Shown piece by piece: positions 36,913 to 45,613 of a stretch of 64,000 nucleotides of DNA. The stretch comes from Solirubrobacterales bacterium (lineage in GTDB: Bacteria > Actinomycetota > Thermoleophilia > Solirubrobacterales > Solirubrobacteraceae). The position numbers and the translations under genes were made by a program. Every line of letters starts with the position of its first letter. Position 1 is the stretch's first letter. Below the pieces are notes generated by a model. It made no database searches, was not told where the DNA came from, and saw nothing but the letters and a program-made list of their open reading frames with translations. The stretch covers positions 6,337 through 70,336 of the forward strand of contig JBBSBL010000006.1 of NCBI GenBank assembly GCA_038251325.1. Direction: 5' to 3'.

Positions 36913-37752
36913 TCACGCGGTGGCCTGCGGCGCCTGGGCGCCCTGGGGGTCGACGACGACGTGCTCCACGGTCTTCGACGTCGCGCCGCGGACACGTTCG
37001 ATGAGGTGGCCGCGCAGCCACCCCGAGCGCTCGGCGGGGAGGGTCGAGATCACGATCTCGTCCACCTGGTAGAACTGGAGCGCGTTCATCACCGCGGTGA
37101 ACGGGTCGGGGTCGCCGATCCCGCCGGTGACGTCGAGGCCCTCGTCGCGCATGCGCTCGAGCATCGCCGCCAGGCGTCCGCGGGCCTCGTCGGCGTGGTG
37201 GCCGCCGCCGCCGGCCTGGGGGACGACGACCACGAACTGGTGACGCTTCTCGGCGGCCTTGCCCTTGAGCAGGCCGAAGAGCGGCTCGCCGGTGACCGTC
37301 TGGTTCGCCACCACGAGCGTGCGGGTGACGCCCTCGCGGTCGGCGTCGAGGTCGACGACGACGTGCTCGACCGGCAGGCCCGTCTCGTGCTCGACGCGCT
37401 CCACGAGGTCGCGGCGCAGCCACCCGGAGCGGGTCTCGGGGTGGGTGGAGATGATGATCTCGTCGACGCCGAACTCCCGCACCGCGTCGGCCACCGCCGA
37501 GAAGGGATCGGGGTCCATGAGCTCGCCCGTCGCCTCGACGCCTACCTCGCGCAGCCGGTCGATGAGGTGGTCGACGCGGTGCTGGGCGGCGTCGCGCGCG
37601 GCGTCGCTGTAGATCACCAGGCCGGACTTCGGGCGCCCCTGGGGCGCGATGACGACGAACTCGGCGTCGCCCTTCGGCGCGCGCGCCCTGACGGCGTCGA
37701 CGAGCCGACGCCCGCCGAGCGTCTCGTTGGCGACCACCAGCACCTTGGCCAT
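36913..37752 (-). CDS. Tandem-repeat USP-like (adenine-nucleotide alpha-hydrolase-like) protein
   Basis: Two ~135-aa repeats, each L(V)VVAN(E/Q)T..G..L ... DPDPF(S/T)AV ... VDEI(I/V)IST(H/L)P..RSGWLR..L(V/I)ERV. The family assignment is tentative. Confidence 0.65.
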   Translation of the reverse strand: MAKVLVVANETLGGRRLVDAVRARAPKGDAEFVVIAPQGRPKSGLVIYSDAARDAAQHRVDHLIDRLREVGVEATGELMDPDPFSAVADAVREFGVDEIIISTHPETRSGWLRRDLVERVEHETGLPVEHVVVDLDADREGVTRTLVVANQTVTGEPLFGLLKGKAAEKRHQFVVVVPQAGGGGHHADEARGRLAAMLERMRDEGLDVTGGIGDPDPFTAVMNALQFYQVDEIVISTLPAERSGWLRGHLIERVRGATSKTVEHVVVDPQGAQAPQATA

Positions 37753-37788
37753 CTCAGCTCCCTTCCTGCGGCGCGCGCGCGGTCACGA

Positions 37789-39699
37789 TCACTCGCGGGC
37801 CCTCTCGGTCGACGCGCCGGCCGCCGCCGGCACCGCTTCAGCGGGCGACTGGAAGATGCCGTGGACCGCGCCGGGTACCCCGTACTCATAGGGGCCGCCG
37901 ACGACGGTGGGGATCGAGTCGAAGTTGAAGATCGGCGGCGGGGAGGAGACCTGCCACTCGAGCGTCAGCGCGCGGTAGGGGTTCGCCGCGGCGCGCGGCC
38001 CGCCGCGCCAGCTGGCGACCATGTTGTAGAGGAAGATGAGCGAGGAGAGCCCGAGGAAGAACGAGGCGATCGAGATCGCCAGGTTCCAGCCCGCGAACTG
38101 CTGCGCGTAGTCGGAGACCCGCCGCGGCATCCCCTGGATGCCGATCACGTGCATCGGCGCAAAGGTGAGGTTGAAGAAGACGAACGTCGCCCAGAAGTGC
38201 ACCCGTCCGAGCGTCTCGTCGTACATCCGCCCGGTCATCTTCGGGAACCAGTAGTAGATCCCGGCGAAGATCGTGAACAGCGACCCGCCGAACAGCACGT
38301 AGTGGATGTGGGCGACGATGAAGTAGGTGTCCGAGACGTGGATGTCGAGCGGCACCATGGCCAGCATCACGCCGGAGATCCCGCCGAGGGTGAACATCGT
38401 GAGGAAGCCGAGCGCGAAGAGCAGCGGCGTGTCCATGTGCAGCACGCCGCGCCACAGCGTCGCCAGCCAGGAGAAGATCTTGATCCCGGTCGGCACCGCG
38501 ATGATCGCGGTGGTGATCATCATCGGGATGCGGATCCACGACTGCATCCCCGAGACGAACATGTGGTGTGCCCACACGGTGAAGCCGAGCATCACGATGG
38601 CCAGCAGCGAGAAGGCCATCATCCGGTAGCCGAAGATCGGCTTGCGGGCCTTCACCGAGATGATCTCGCTGATGATCCCGAAGCCCGGCAGCATCATGAT
38701 GTAGACGGCCGGGTGGGAGTAGAACCAGAAGACGTGCTGATACATCAGCACGTTCCCGTCTATCCCGTTTCCGATCGTCGAGTTGAAGAAGTTGAAGGCC
38801 AGCGCCCGGTCGAGCAGCACGAAGAACTGCGAGGCCGCGATGAACGGCGTGGCGATGACCACGAGGAGCGAGGTCGAGAAGTTCGCCCACACGAGCAGCG
38901 GCATGCGCCAGAAGCTCATGCCCGGCGCGCGCATGGTGATGATCGTGACGAGGAAGTTCAGCGCCGTGGCGATCGAGGAGGCGCCGGCGAACTGCACCGC
39001 CACGGTGAAGAAGATCTGCCCGAGCGGCTGGGTGGTCGACAGCGGGGCGTAGGCCGTCCAGCCGCTGGCGAAGGCGCCGCCGGGCGCGAGGAAGCTGGCC
39101 AGCATCATCACCCCGGCGATCGGCAGCAGCCAGAACGACAGCGCGTTCAGCCGCGGGAACGCCATGTCCGGGGCGCCGATCATCAACGGGAGCACGTAGT
39201 TCGCGATCCCGGCGAAGACCGGGATGATGAACAGGAAGATCAGCAGCGACGCGTGGACGGAGAAGAACGCGTTGTAGTCCTGCCCGTCGAGGAACTGGCT
39301 GCCCGGCTGGGCGAGCTCGGCGCGCACCACCATCGCCATGAGGCCGCCGATGAACATGAAGATGAACGAGTTGCAGATGTACTGGATCCCGATCACCTTG
39401 TGATCGGTGTTGACGCGGAAGTAGTCCTTCCACGAGTGGGCCCCGTGGGAGGAGTGGTCCTCGGGCCGGGAGGCCCGCCCGGCGGCCCAGTAGAACCAGT
39501 AGTCGAACGCGCCCAGGCCGACGAGGAAGAACAGCGGGACACCGATCAGCGAGACCGTGGTGATCGCCTCGCCGTCCACCAGCGGCTTGAAGTCGTAGAG
39601 CGCGCGCAGCAGCGTGGTCAGGCCGAAGCAGAAGCCGAGGCCGAGCAGCACGAAGAGCGTGGCGCGGTACCAGCCGGGGGCGCGGAGCTTGGCGGTCAT
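37789..39699 (-). CDS. ctaD: Heme-copper oxidase subunit I, type A2 signature (locus 1)
   Basis: TDHKVIGIQY, GAPDMAFPRLN, FWFYSHPAVYIMMLPGFG (YSHPxV, no helix-VI Glu) and WAHHMF. There are about 95 residues before TDHK. Confidence 0.95.
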   Translation of the reverse strand: MTAKLRAPGWYRATLFVLLGLGFCFGLTTLLRALYDFKPLVDGEAITTVSLIGVPLFFLVGLGAFDYWFYWAAGRASRPEDHSSHGAHSWKDYFRVNTDHKVIGIQYICNSFIFMFIGGLMAMVVRAELAQPGSQFLDGQDYNAFFSVHASLLIFLFIIPVFAGIANYVLPLMIGAPDMAFPRLNALSFWLLPIAGVMMLASFLAPGGAFASGWTAYAPLSTTQPLGQIFFTVAVQFAGASSIATALNFLVTIITMRAPGMSFWRMPLLVWANFSTSLLVVIATPFIAASQFFVLLDRALAFNFFNSTIGNGIDGNVLMYQHVFWFYSHPAVYIMMLPGFGIISEIISVKARKPIFGYRMMAFSLLAIVMLGFTVWAHHMFVSGMQSWIRIPMMITTAIIAVPTGIKIFSWLATLWRGVLHMDTPLLFALGFLTMFTLGGISGVMLAMVPLDIHVSDTYFIVAHIHYVLFGGSLFTIFAGIYYWFPKMTGRMYDETLGRVHFWATFVFFNLTFAPMHVIGIQGMPRRVSDYAQQFAGWNLAISIASFFLGLSSLIFLYNMVASWRGGPRAAANPYRALTLEWQVSSPPPIFNFDSIPTVVGGPYEYGVPGAVHGIFQSPAEAVPAAAGASTERARE

Positions 39700-39733
39700 C
39701 GACGCTCGTCCATGGTGTCGGCCTGCCTCTGGG

Positions 39734-40549
39734 TCATGCGGTCCCGCCGGGGGCGTGGGCCGTCGTGGAGCCGGCGCCCGGGACGGCGCCCTGGCCCTTG
39801 CGGGCGAGCCAGGCGTCGAAGGCGGCGGGCGGGATGACGTGCACCGTCGAGCGCATCGTCGCGTGGCCGACGCCGCACAGCTCGGTGCAGACCACCGGGT
39901 AGCTCCCGAGGCGCGTCGGCTGGATGCGCTGGGTCGTGACGATCCCCGGCACGGCGTCCTGCTTCATCCGGAAGGCGGGGACCCAGAAGGAGTGGATCAC
40001 GTCGACGGCGCGGATCGAGAAGCGGATCGGGCGCCCGCGGCAGGGCGCGCCGGTGGCGGTGCTCCCGCCGGTCGGCGTGCAGGGGAGGTAGAGCTGGTTC
40101 ACCGAGAACGCCTTGCCGTCGGGCCCGGTGTAGCGGTAGGTCCAGGCGAACTGCTGGCCGTAGACGCCGATCGCCAGCGAGTCGGCCTTCGAGCGCTCGA
40201 CGTCGTTGAGGACCGCCCAGGCATAGGAGCAGAGCGCGACGAGGATCAGCGCCGGGATCGCGGTCCAGACGACCTCGAGTCGGGTGTTGCCGTGGATCGG
40301 CGGCCCGTCCTCGTTCTCCTGGCCCGGACGCATGCGGAACTTCCAGGCGGAGAAGAGCACAACGACGACGACGAGAACGAAGAAGGGCACCGACACCGCC
40401 ACGAGCACGTCGTAGAGGGTGTCGATCGGGCCGGCCTGGGTGGACGCGGCGACCGGGAACCAGTCGATCAGCAGGCCGAGGCCGATGCCGGCGGCGGTGG
40501 CCACCGCGCCGACGGCGATCATCTGCCAGAGCAGGCGATTGCTACGCAC
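39734..40549 (-). CDS. ctaC: Cytochrome c oxidase subunit II (CuA), no fused cytochrome c (locus 1)
   Basis: Two N-terminal TM helices and the CuA site DVIHSFWVP .. CTELCGVGHATM. There is no CxxCH motif. Confidence 0.9.
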   Translation of the reverse strand: MRSNRLLWQMIAVGAVATAAGIGLGLLIDWFPVAASTQAGPIDTLYDVLVAVSVPFFVLVVVVVLFSAWKFRMRPGQENEDGPPIHGNTRLEVVWTAIPALILVALCSYAWAVLNDVERSKADSLAIGVYGQQFAWTYRYTGPDGKAFSVNQLYLPCTPTGGSTATGAPCRGRPIRFSIRAVDVIHSFWVPAFRMKQDAVPGIVTTQRIQPTRLGSYPVVCTELCGVGHATMRSTVHVIPPAAFDAWLARKGQGAVPGAGSTTAHAPGGTA

Positions 40550-40688
40550 CCGTGCGGTTCCCCGTCGGCATCGCGGGGCATCCTACGCGCTCTGAGAGAC
40601 GAACGGCAATCCGGGCTGGAGGCGCGGCGCGTCGCCGCGCACCGACCCGGTGCCGGGGCGTTTCGACGCGTGGTGGAGGGCCGGCGGG

Positions 40689-41168
40689 CTAGGCTGCGCG
40701 GCGCTCTTCGACCAGCCCGAACCCGGGGCCGACGGCGACCGGACGCGGCGCGCCGGAGGGGGTCGCGGCGCGGTACTCGGAGGGCGCGGCGCCCATGTAG
40801 CGCCGGAACGCCTTGGCGAACTGCGCGGGCTGGCGGTAGCCGACCCGGCGGGCGACCTCGCGGACCGTCATGCGCCGGGTGGTGAGCATCTCGGCGGCCT
40901 TGGCCATGCGGACCCGGGTCAGGTGCTCGCGGAAGGTGGTCTTGCCGATCTCGGTGAAGGCGCGCTGGAGCTGCCGGCGGGACGAGGCGACGCGGCGGGC
41001 GATGTCGTCGAGCGCGAGGTCGGAGGCGTACTCCTGTTCGACGATGCCCGCGGCCTCCTCGAAGAGCCGGGTGCGGTAGCGAATGGTGGAGGGGCGTTGG
41101 ACTGACACGGTGCCTGGAATACGCGGGGTGCCCGCAAACGGGATGAGCCAAAGGCTATTCGACCACAA
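40689..41168 (-). CDS. AraC/XylS-family transcriptional regulator (HTH domain only)
   Basis: LDDIARRVASSRRQLQRAF .. MTVREVARRVGYRQPAQFAKAFRRYMGAAPSEYR. The start may be GTG at 41108. Confidence 0.8.
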   Translation of the reverse strand: MWSNSLWLIPFAGTPRIPGTVSVQRPSTIRYRTRLFEEAAGIVEQEYASDLALDDIARRVASSRRQLQRAFTEIGKTTFREHLTRVRMAKAAEMLTTRRMTVREVARRVGYRQPAQFAKAFRRYMGAAPSEYRAATPSGAPRPVAVGPGFGLVEERRAA

Positions 41169-41245
41169 CGTGGCGCGTACGAACTCGCCGGTCGCGCGTC
41201 GCTATGCTTGCGCCAATCGTTGCAATACAGCGCCGGGAGGGCCGA

Positions 41246-41659
41246 ATGCAGGTGCGCGAGGGCATGACGACGGTGACGCTGACGGTGGGTCCGGGGCACA
41301 CGCTGCGCGAGGCGGCGCAGGGCATGAGCGCCCGTGGCGTTGGCGCGGCCGTCGTGCTCGACCCCGAGGCGCCGGGCCCGGGCATCATCACCGAGCGAGA
41401 CATCCTCAACGCCGTGGGCAACGGGCTCGACGTCGACCGGGCGAAGGTGGTCGACCACCTCACCGGGGCGATCGTCTACGCCTCGCCGGAGTGGTCGCTC
41501 GAGCAGGCCGCCGGGGTGATGGTCGACCGCGGGTTCCGCCACCTCGTCGTCGTCGAGGGCGGCGAGATCGCCGGTGTGCTCTCGGTGCGCGACATCGTCC
41601 GCCTGTGGACGAAGGACGGAGCGCACTGCGCCGTGCCCGCGGGGGCGACCGCGGCGTAG
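41246..41659 (+). CDS. CBS-pair domain protein
   Basis: MQVREGMTTVTLTV.. with GVGAAVVLD..GIITERDI and GFRHLVVVEGGEIAGVLSVRDI. Confidence 0.8.
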   Translation: MQVREGMTTVTLTVGPGHTLREAAQGMSARGVGAAVVLDPEAPGPGIITERDILNAVGNGLDVDRAKVVDHLTGAIVYASPEWSLEQAAGVMVDRGFRHLVVVEGGEIAGVLSVRDIVRLWTKDGAHCAVPAGATAA

Positions 41660-41677
41660 GGCCCCAGCCGGCGCTCG

Positions 41678-41911
41678 CTACTGCGTGTGGTCCGGCGGCA
41701 GCGCGGCGATGTCGCGCCGGGTCTCGCGGATCCAGCGGATCGCCGTCCCGAGGACGAGCAGCACGCCGACGATCACGAGGATGATGCTGATCGTCGTGCC
41801 GATCACGGCCAGCGTGATGCCGGCGGCGCACAGCATCGGAAGGAAGGTCGGGCCCGGGAGGTGGATCTCCTCCCCGACCGGCGGCGCCTCCTGTTCGCGG
41901 GGCTCGTCCAT
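41678..41911 (-). CDS. 77-aa membrane protein, possible small oxidase subunit (resembles the C-terminal half of actinobacterial CtaF)
   Basis: MDEPREQEAPPVGEEIHLPGPTFLPML.. followed by two hydrophobic helices. The ATG overlaps the upstream stop (ATGA). The CtaF resemblance is from memory of the ..FFSPHSWWP.. region. Confidence 0.5.
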   Translation of the reverse strand: MDEPREQEAPPVGEEIHLPGPTFLPMLCAAGITLAVIGTTISIILVIVGVLLVLGTAIRWIRETRRDIAALPPDHTQ

Positions 41912-42021
41912 CAGGCGTTGTAGATCGCCGCGGCCACGAACGACGCTGCGAGCATGAACACGGCCACGGCGGCGACGATCAGCGCGGAACGGATGTTCTT
42001 GCGGGCGAGCTTGCGATCCAC
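41911..42021 (-). CDS. Possible 36-aa single-TM micro-protein downstream of ctaB
   Basis: GTG at 42021 gives VDRKLARKNIRSALIVAAVAVFMLAASFVAAAIYNA. It sits between ctaB and the 77-aa ORF. Confidence 0.3.
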   Translation of the reverse strand: MDRKLARKNIRSALIVAAVAVFMLAASFVAAAIYNA

Positions 42022-42032
42022 CGGAGGCGATC

Positions 42033-42944
42033 CTAGAGCTTCGCGTCGGCGACCATCGCACCGAAGAGCAGCGCCAGATAGCCGAGCGAGTAGAGGTAGA
42101 GGCGCAGCGCCGAGCGGCGGTCGGCCCGGCGCTGGAGCGCGACGGCCCCGGCGATGAAGACGCCACCGAGCAGCATCGAGGCGACGAGGTAGGGCACGCC
42201 GAAGGCCCCGGCGCAGAAGGGCAGCTGCGTGACCGCGTAGAGCAGCAGCGTGTAGAGCAGGATCTGGCGGCGCGTCTCCGTCTCCCCGCGCACGACCGGC
42301 ATCATCGGCACGCCGACCTTCGCGTACTCGTCCTTCATGAGCAGCGAGAGCGCCCAGAAGTGCGGCGGCGTCCAGAAGAAGACGATCGCGAAGAGGTAGA
42401 GCGCGGTGCCGCTCAGCGACCCCGTGACCGCCGCCCAGCCGACGAGCGGCGGGACCGCGCCCGCGGCGCCGCCGATGACGATGTTCTGGGCGGTGGTGCG
42501 CTTGAGCCACATCGTGTAGACGAGCGTGTAGCCGAGGAAGCCCGACAGCGCGAGGCACGCGGCGAGCACGTTGACGGTGAGCGAGAGCAGCGCGAACGAC
42601 GCGACCGCCAGCGCGAGCCCGAAGGCCAGGGCGTGGCCGGGGGCGATGCGGCCGGCGGCGACGGGACGGTCGGCGGTCCGCGTCATCCGCCCGTCGATGT
42701 CGCGGTCGTACCAGTGGTTCACGGCGCCCGCGCCACCGGCTGACAGGTACCCGCCGAGGCAGGTGAGGAGGATGGTGGACAGGGCCGGGCTGCCGGCGAT
42801 CTCCATCGAGGCGACCGTGGTCAGCAGTAGCAGCGACTGGACCTTCGGCTTGGTCAGCGCGACGTAGTCCGCCACCACGCGCCGCGCGCCGACCGGGACG
42901 GGCCGGGCGGGGGCGACGGTTGAGGTGGCGGGGGAGGCCGGCAC
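42033..42944 (-). CDS. ctaB: Protoheme IX farnesyltransferase (heme O synthase)
   Basis: DYVALTKPKV, NHWYDRDIDGRMTRTADRP, PPHFWALS. GTG at 42944 shares a G with the ctaD TAG (TAGTG). Confidence 0.9.
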   Translation of the reverse strand: MPASPATSTVAPARPVPVGARRVVADYVALTKPKVQSLLLLTTVASMEIAGSPALSTILLTCLGGYLSAGGAGAVNHWYDRDIDGRMTRTADRPVAAGRIAPGHALAFGLALAVASFALLSLTVNVLAACLALSGFLGYTLVYTMWLKRTTAQNIVIGGAAGAVPPLVGWAAVTGSLSGTALYLFAIVFFWTPPHFWALSLLMKDEYAKVGVPMMPVVRGETETRRQILLYTLLLYAVTQLPFCAGAFGVPYLVASMLLGGVFIAGAVALQRRADRRSALRLYLYSLGYLALLFGAMVADAKL

Positions 42945-44647
42945 TAGACCTTCGTCAGCTCGTCGCCGGTCCCGGCGGGCTGGCCGGTCTGCCGCGCCAC
43001 CTGGCGGCGGATGTCGCGCATCGGCTCGAGCGAGCGCACGCGCGGCACGACGTCGAAGTTGTTCACCGGCGGCGGGGAATAGACGAACCACTCCAGCGTG
43101 TTCGCCTTCCACGGGTCCGGTCCGGCGTGGGCGCCGTGGCGGATCGAGCGCGCGAAGTTGTAGAGCGACATCGCGATCCCGACGGCGAGGACGAAGGAGC
43201 CGATCGTCGAGATGAGGTTCTCGGTGTCCCACCCGGCGCCGACCGGGTACTCGTAGATCCGCCGCGGCATGCCCTCCAGGCCGAGCGAGTGCTGGACGAG
43301 GAAGGTGAGGTTGAAGCCGATGAACATCACCCAGAAGGAGGCCTTGCCCAGGCGCTCGCCGGCCATGCGGCCGCTCATCTTCGGGAACCAGTAATAGAGC
43401 CCCGCGAAGATCGAGAAGACCGCGGCGCCCATCAGCACGTAGTGGAAGTGCGCGACGACGAAGTAGGTGTCGGTGAGCTGCCAGTCGACCGGAAAGATCG
43501 CGAGGAAGATCCCGGTGATGCCGCCGATCACGAAGATCACGATGAAGGCCGCGGCGAAGTAGAGCGGGGTGGCGGTGACGATCGTGCCGCGCCACAGCGT
43601 GGCGATCCAGTTGAAGATCTTGATCCCCGTCGGCACCGCGATGAGGAACGACGAGAGCATGAAGAAGCCGAGCACCACGGTCGGCGTCGGGGTGGCGAAC
43701 ATGTGGTGCGCCCAGACGAGGATCGACAGGAAGGCGATGACTACCGTGGACGCGGCGACCGCCTTGTAGCCGAAGATCGGCTTGCGGGCGAAGACGGGCA
43801 GGACCTCGGAGATGATCCCGAACCCCGGCAGGATCATGATGTAGACCTCGGGGTGGCCGAAGAACCAGAACAGGTGCTGCCACAGCAGCGGCGAGCCGCC
43901 CTGGCTCGGATTGAAGAACGAGGTCCCGAAGTGGCGGTCGGTGAGCAGCATCGTCACCGCGCCCCCGACCACCGGCAGGCAGAGGATGAGCAGGATCGAA
44001 TAGGTGAGCAGCGTCCAGACGAAGATCGGCAGGCGCGACCAGCTCATCCCGGGCGCCCGCATGTTCACGATCGTCGCGTAGAAGTTCACCGCGCCCACCA
44101 GCGAGCTGATGCCGGTGATGTGGATGAGGAAGATCCATGCGTCCTGGCCGCCGCTCGGCGTGTAGGTGGACTCCGAGAGCGGGGTGTAGGAGAACCAGCC
44201 GGCCTCGGGCGGCTGGAAGAAGATCGAGGCGTAGAAGACGATCCCGCCGAACAGCAGCAGCCAGTAGCTCAGGGCGTTGAGCCGCGGGAACGCCATGTCC
44301 CGGGCGCCGATCATCAGCGGCAGGAAGTAGTTCCCAAAGCCGGCCATGATCGGGACGACGAAGAGGAAGACCATCGTCGTGCCGTGCATGGTGAACAGCT
44401 CGTTGTAGTGCTCGGGGGTGATCAGCGAGTTGTTCGGCACCCCGAGCTGGAGGCGGATCAGGAGCGCCTCGACGCCGCCGAGCACGAAGAAGACGAGCGT
44501 GGTGACGATGTAGAGGATCCCGATCCGCTTGTGGTCGGTCGTCGCGACCCAGTCGATCCAGCGATGGCGGGAGCGCGGCGCACGGACTTCGTGGGCGATC
44601 ACCTCGGGCACGGGGCGGACCGTCGTGGGCTCGAGCGTGGCGGACAT
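42944..44647 (-). CDS. ctaD: Heme-copper oxidase subunit I, type A1 signature (locus 2)
   Basis: TTDHKRIGILY, GARDMAFPRLN, FWFFGHPEVYIMILPGFG (GHPEV Glu present) and WAHHMF. Confidence 0.95.
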   Translation of the reverse strand: MSATLEPTTVRPVPEVIAHEVRAPRSRHRWIDWVATTDHKRIGILYIVTTLVFFVLGGVEALLIRLQLGVPNNSLITPEHYNELFTMHGTTMVFLFVVPIMAGFGNYFLPLMIGARDMAFPRLNALSYWLLLFGGIVFYASIFFQPPEAGWFSYTPLSESTYTPSGGQDAWIFLIHITGISSLVGAVNFYATIVNMRAPGMSWSRLPIFVWTLLTYSILLILCLPVVGGAVTMLLTDRHFGTSFFNPSQGGSPLLWQHLFWFFGHPEVYIMILPGFGIISEVLPVFARKPIFGYKAVAASTVVIAFLSILVWAHHMFATPTPTVVLGFFMLSSFLIAVPTGIKIFNWIATLWRGTIVTATPLYFAAAFIVIFVIGGITGIFLAIFPVDWQLTDTYFVVAHFHYVLMGAAVFSIFAGLYYWFPKMSGRMAGERLGKASFWVMFIGFNLTFLVQHSLGLEGMPRRIYEYPVGAGWDTENLISTIGSFVLAVGIAMSLYNFARSIRHGAHAGPDPWKANTLEWFVYSPPPVNNFDVVPRVRSLEPMRDIRRQVARQTGQPAGTGDELTKV

Positions 44648-44654
44648 GGCTCCT

Positions 44655-45590
44655 CTAGGAGATCTGGCCTTGGGCCTGGAGCTGCTGGCGCAGGCGCTCG
44701 GCGTTGCGGTTGGCGTCGCGGATCTTCACCTTCTGGCGGGCGAGCCAGGCCTGGAAGACCGACGGGGAGACCACGCGGACGCGGGCGTACATGTTTGCGT
44801 GCTGGCGGCCGCAGAGCTCGGCGCACTGGCCGGTGTAGACCTTGCCGTTGACCGGGTCCTTCGGCATCGGCGCCTTGAACCAGGTGTAGTTCGTGTAGCC
44901 CGGCACGGCGTCGAACTTGCCGCCCATCGCGGGGATCCACCACGAATGGATGACGTCGGTGGCCTGGATGCGCAGGACGACGACGGTGTCGGCGGGAGCG
45001 ACCATCGTCTCGTAGGAGTACGGGCTGCCGAAGCCGGGCCCGTAGGTGTAGCGCCAGACGAACTGGCGGCCCGTGACGTTGATCGTGATCTTCTTGCCGT
45101 TCGGCGGGCTGGGCGCGGTCGTCGAGGCCGTGAGCACGGCGCCGGGGCTGCCCGCGGCCTTGCCGCCGGACGCGATCGCGAGGCCGTTCGGCCCGCCGTT
45201 GGGCGGGTCCTGGATGTCGGAGAGCTGGAGGAAGGTGATCGCGGCGAGCACGACGAGGATCAGCGCCGCACCGAGCATCCAGGACAGCTCGAGCCGCGTG
45301 TTGCCGTGGATCTGGGCCGCCTTGGCGCCCTTGCGCCGGCGGAAGCGCGCCAGCGAGTAGATCAGCGTGCCGACCACGACGACGAAGATGATCGTCGCGA
45401 TGACGAGGACGATCTCGTAGAGCGAGGCGATTCCGTCGGCGTTCGGCGAGCCGCCGGACTGGGGGGTGATCCGCAGCGCGAGCGCGGGCCCGGGAACGGC
45501 GAGGACGAGGAGGAGGGCGAGGCTGAGCGCCCCCAGAAGGCGCCCGCGCCGGGCCGCGAGGTGGCGGACGGAGCTCACAGCGCGCGGCAT
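44655..45590 (-). CDS. ctaC: Cytochrome c oxidase subunit II (CuA), no fused cytochrome c (locus 2)
   Basis: ATG at 45590. Signal/TM region, then DVIHSWWIPAMGGK .. CAELCGRQHANM. No CxxCH. The start is uncertain because no clear SD is visible. Confidence 0.9.
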   Translation of the reverse strand: MPRAVSSVRHLAARRGRLLGALSLALLLVLAVPGPALALRITPQSGGSPNADGIASLYEIVLVIATIIFVVVVGTLIYSLARFRRRKGAKAAQIHGNTRLELSWMLGAALILVVLAAITFLQLSDIQDPPNGGPNGLAIASGGKAAGSPGAVLTASTTAPSPPNGKKITINVTGRQFVWRYTYGPGFGSPYSYETMVAPADTVVVLRIQATDVIHSWWIPAMGGKFDAVPGYTNYTWFKAPMPKDPVNGKVYTGQCAELCGRQHANMYARVRVVSPSVFQAWLARQKVKIRDANRNAERLRQQLQAQGQIS

Positions 45591-45613
45591 TCTATAGATG
45601 GGCACCGCGACGC

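Noticed and set aside
40622-40640. 8-bp GC hairpin (GCGCGGCG-cgt-CGCCGCGC) downstream of the AraC gene, considered as a terminator.
   Set aside because: It has a 3-nt loop and no U-tract, and such short GC palindromes are frequent at this composition.
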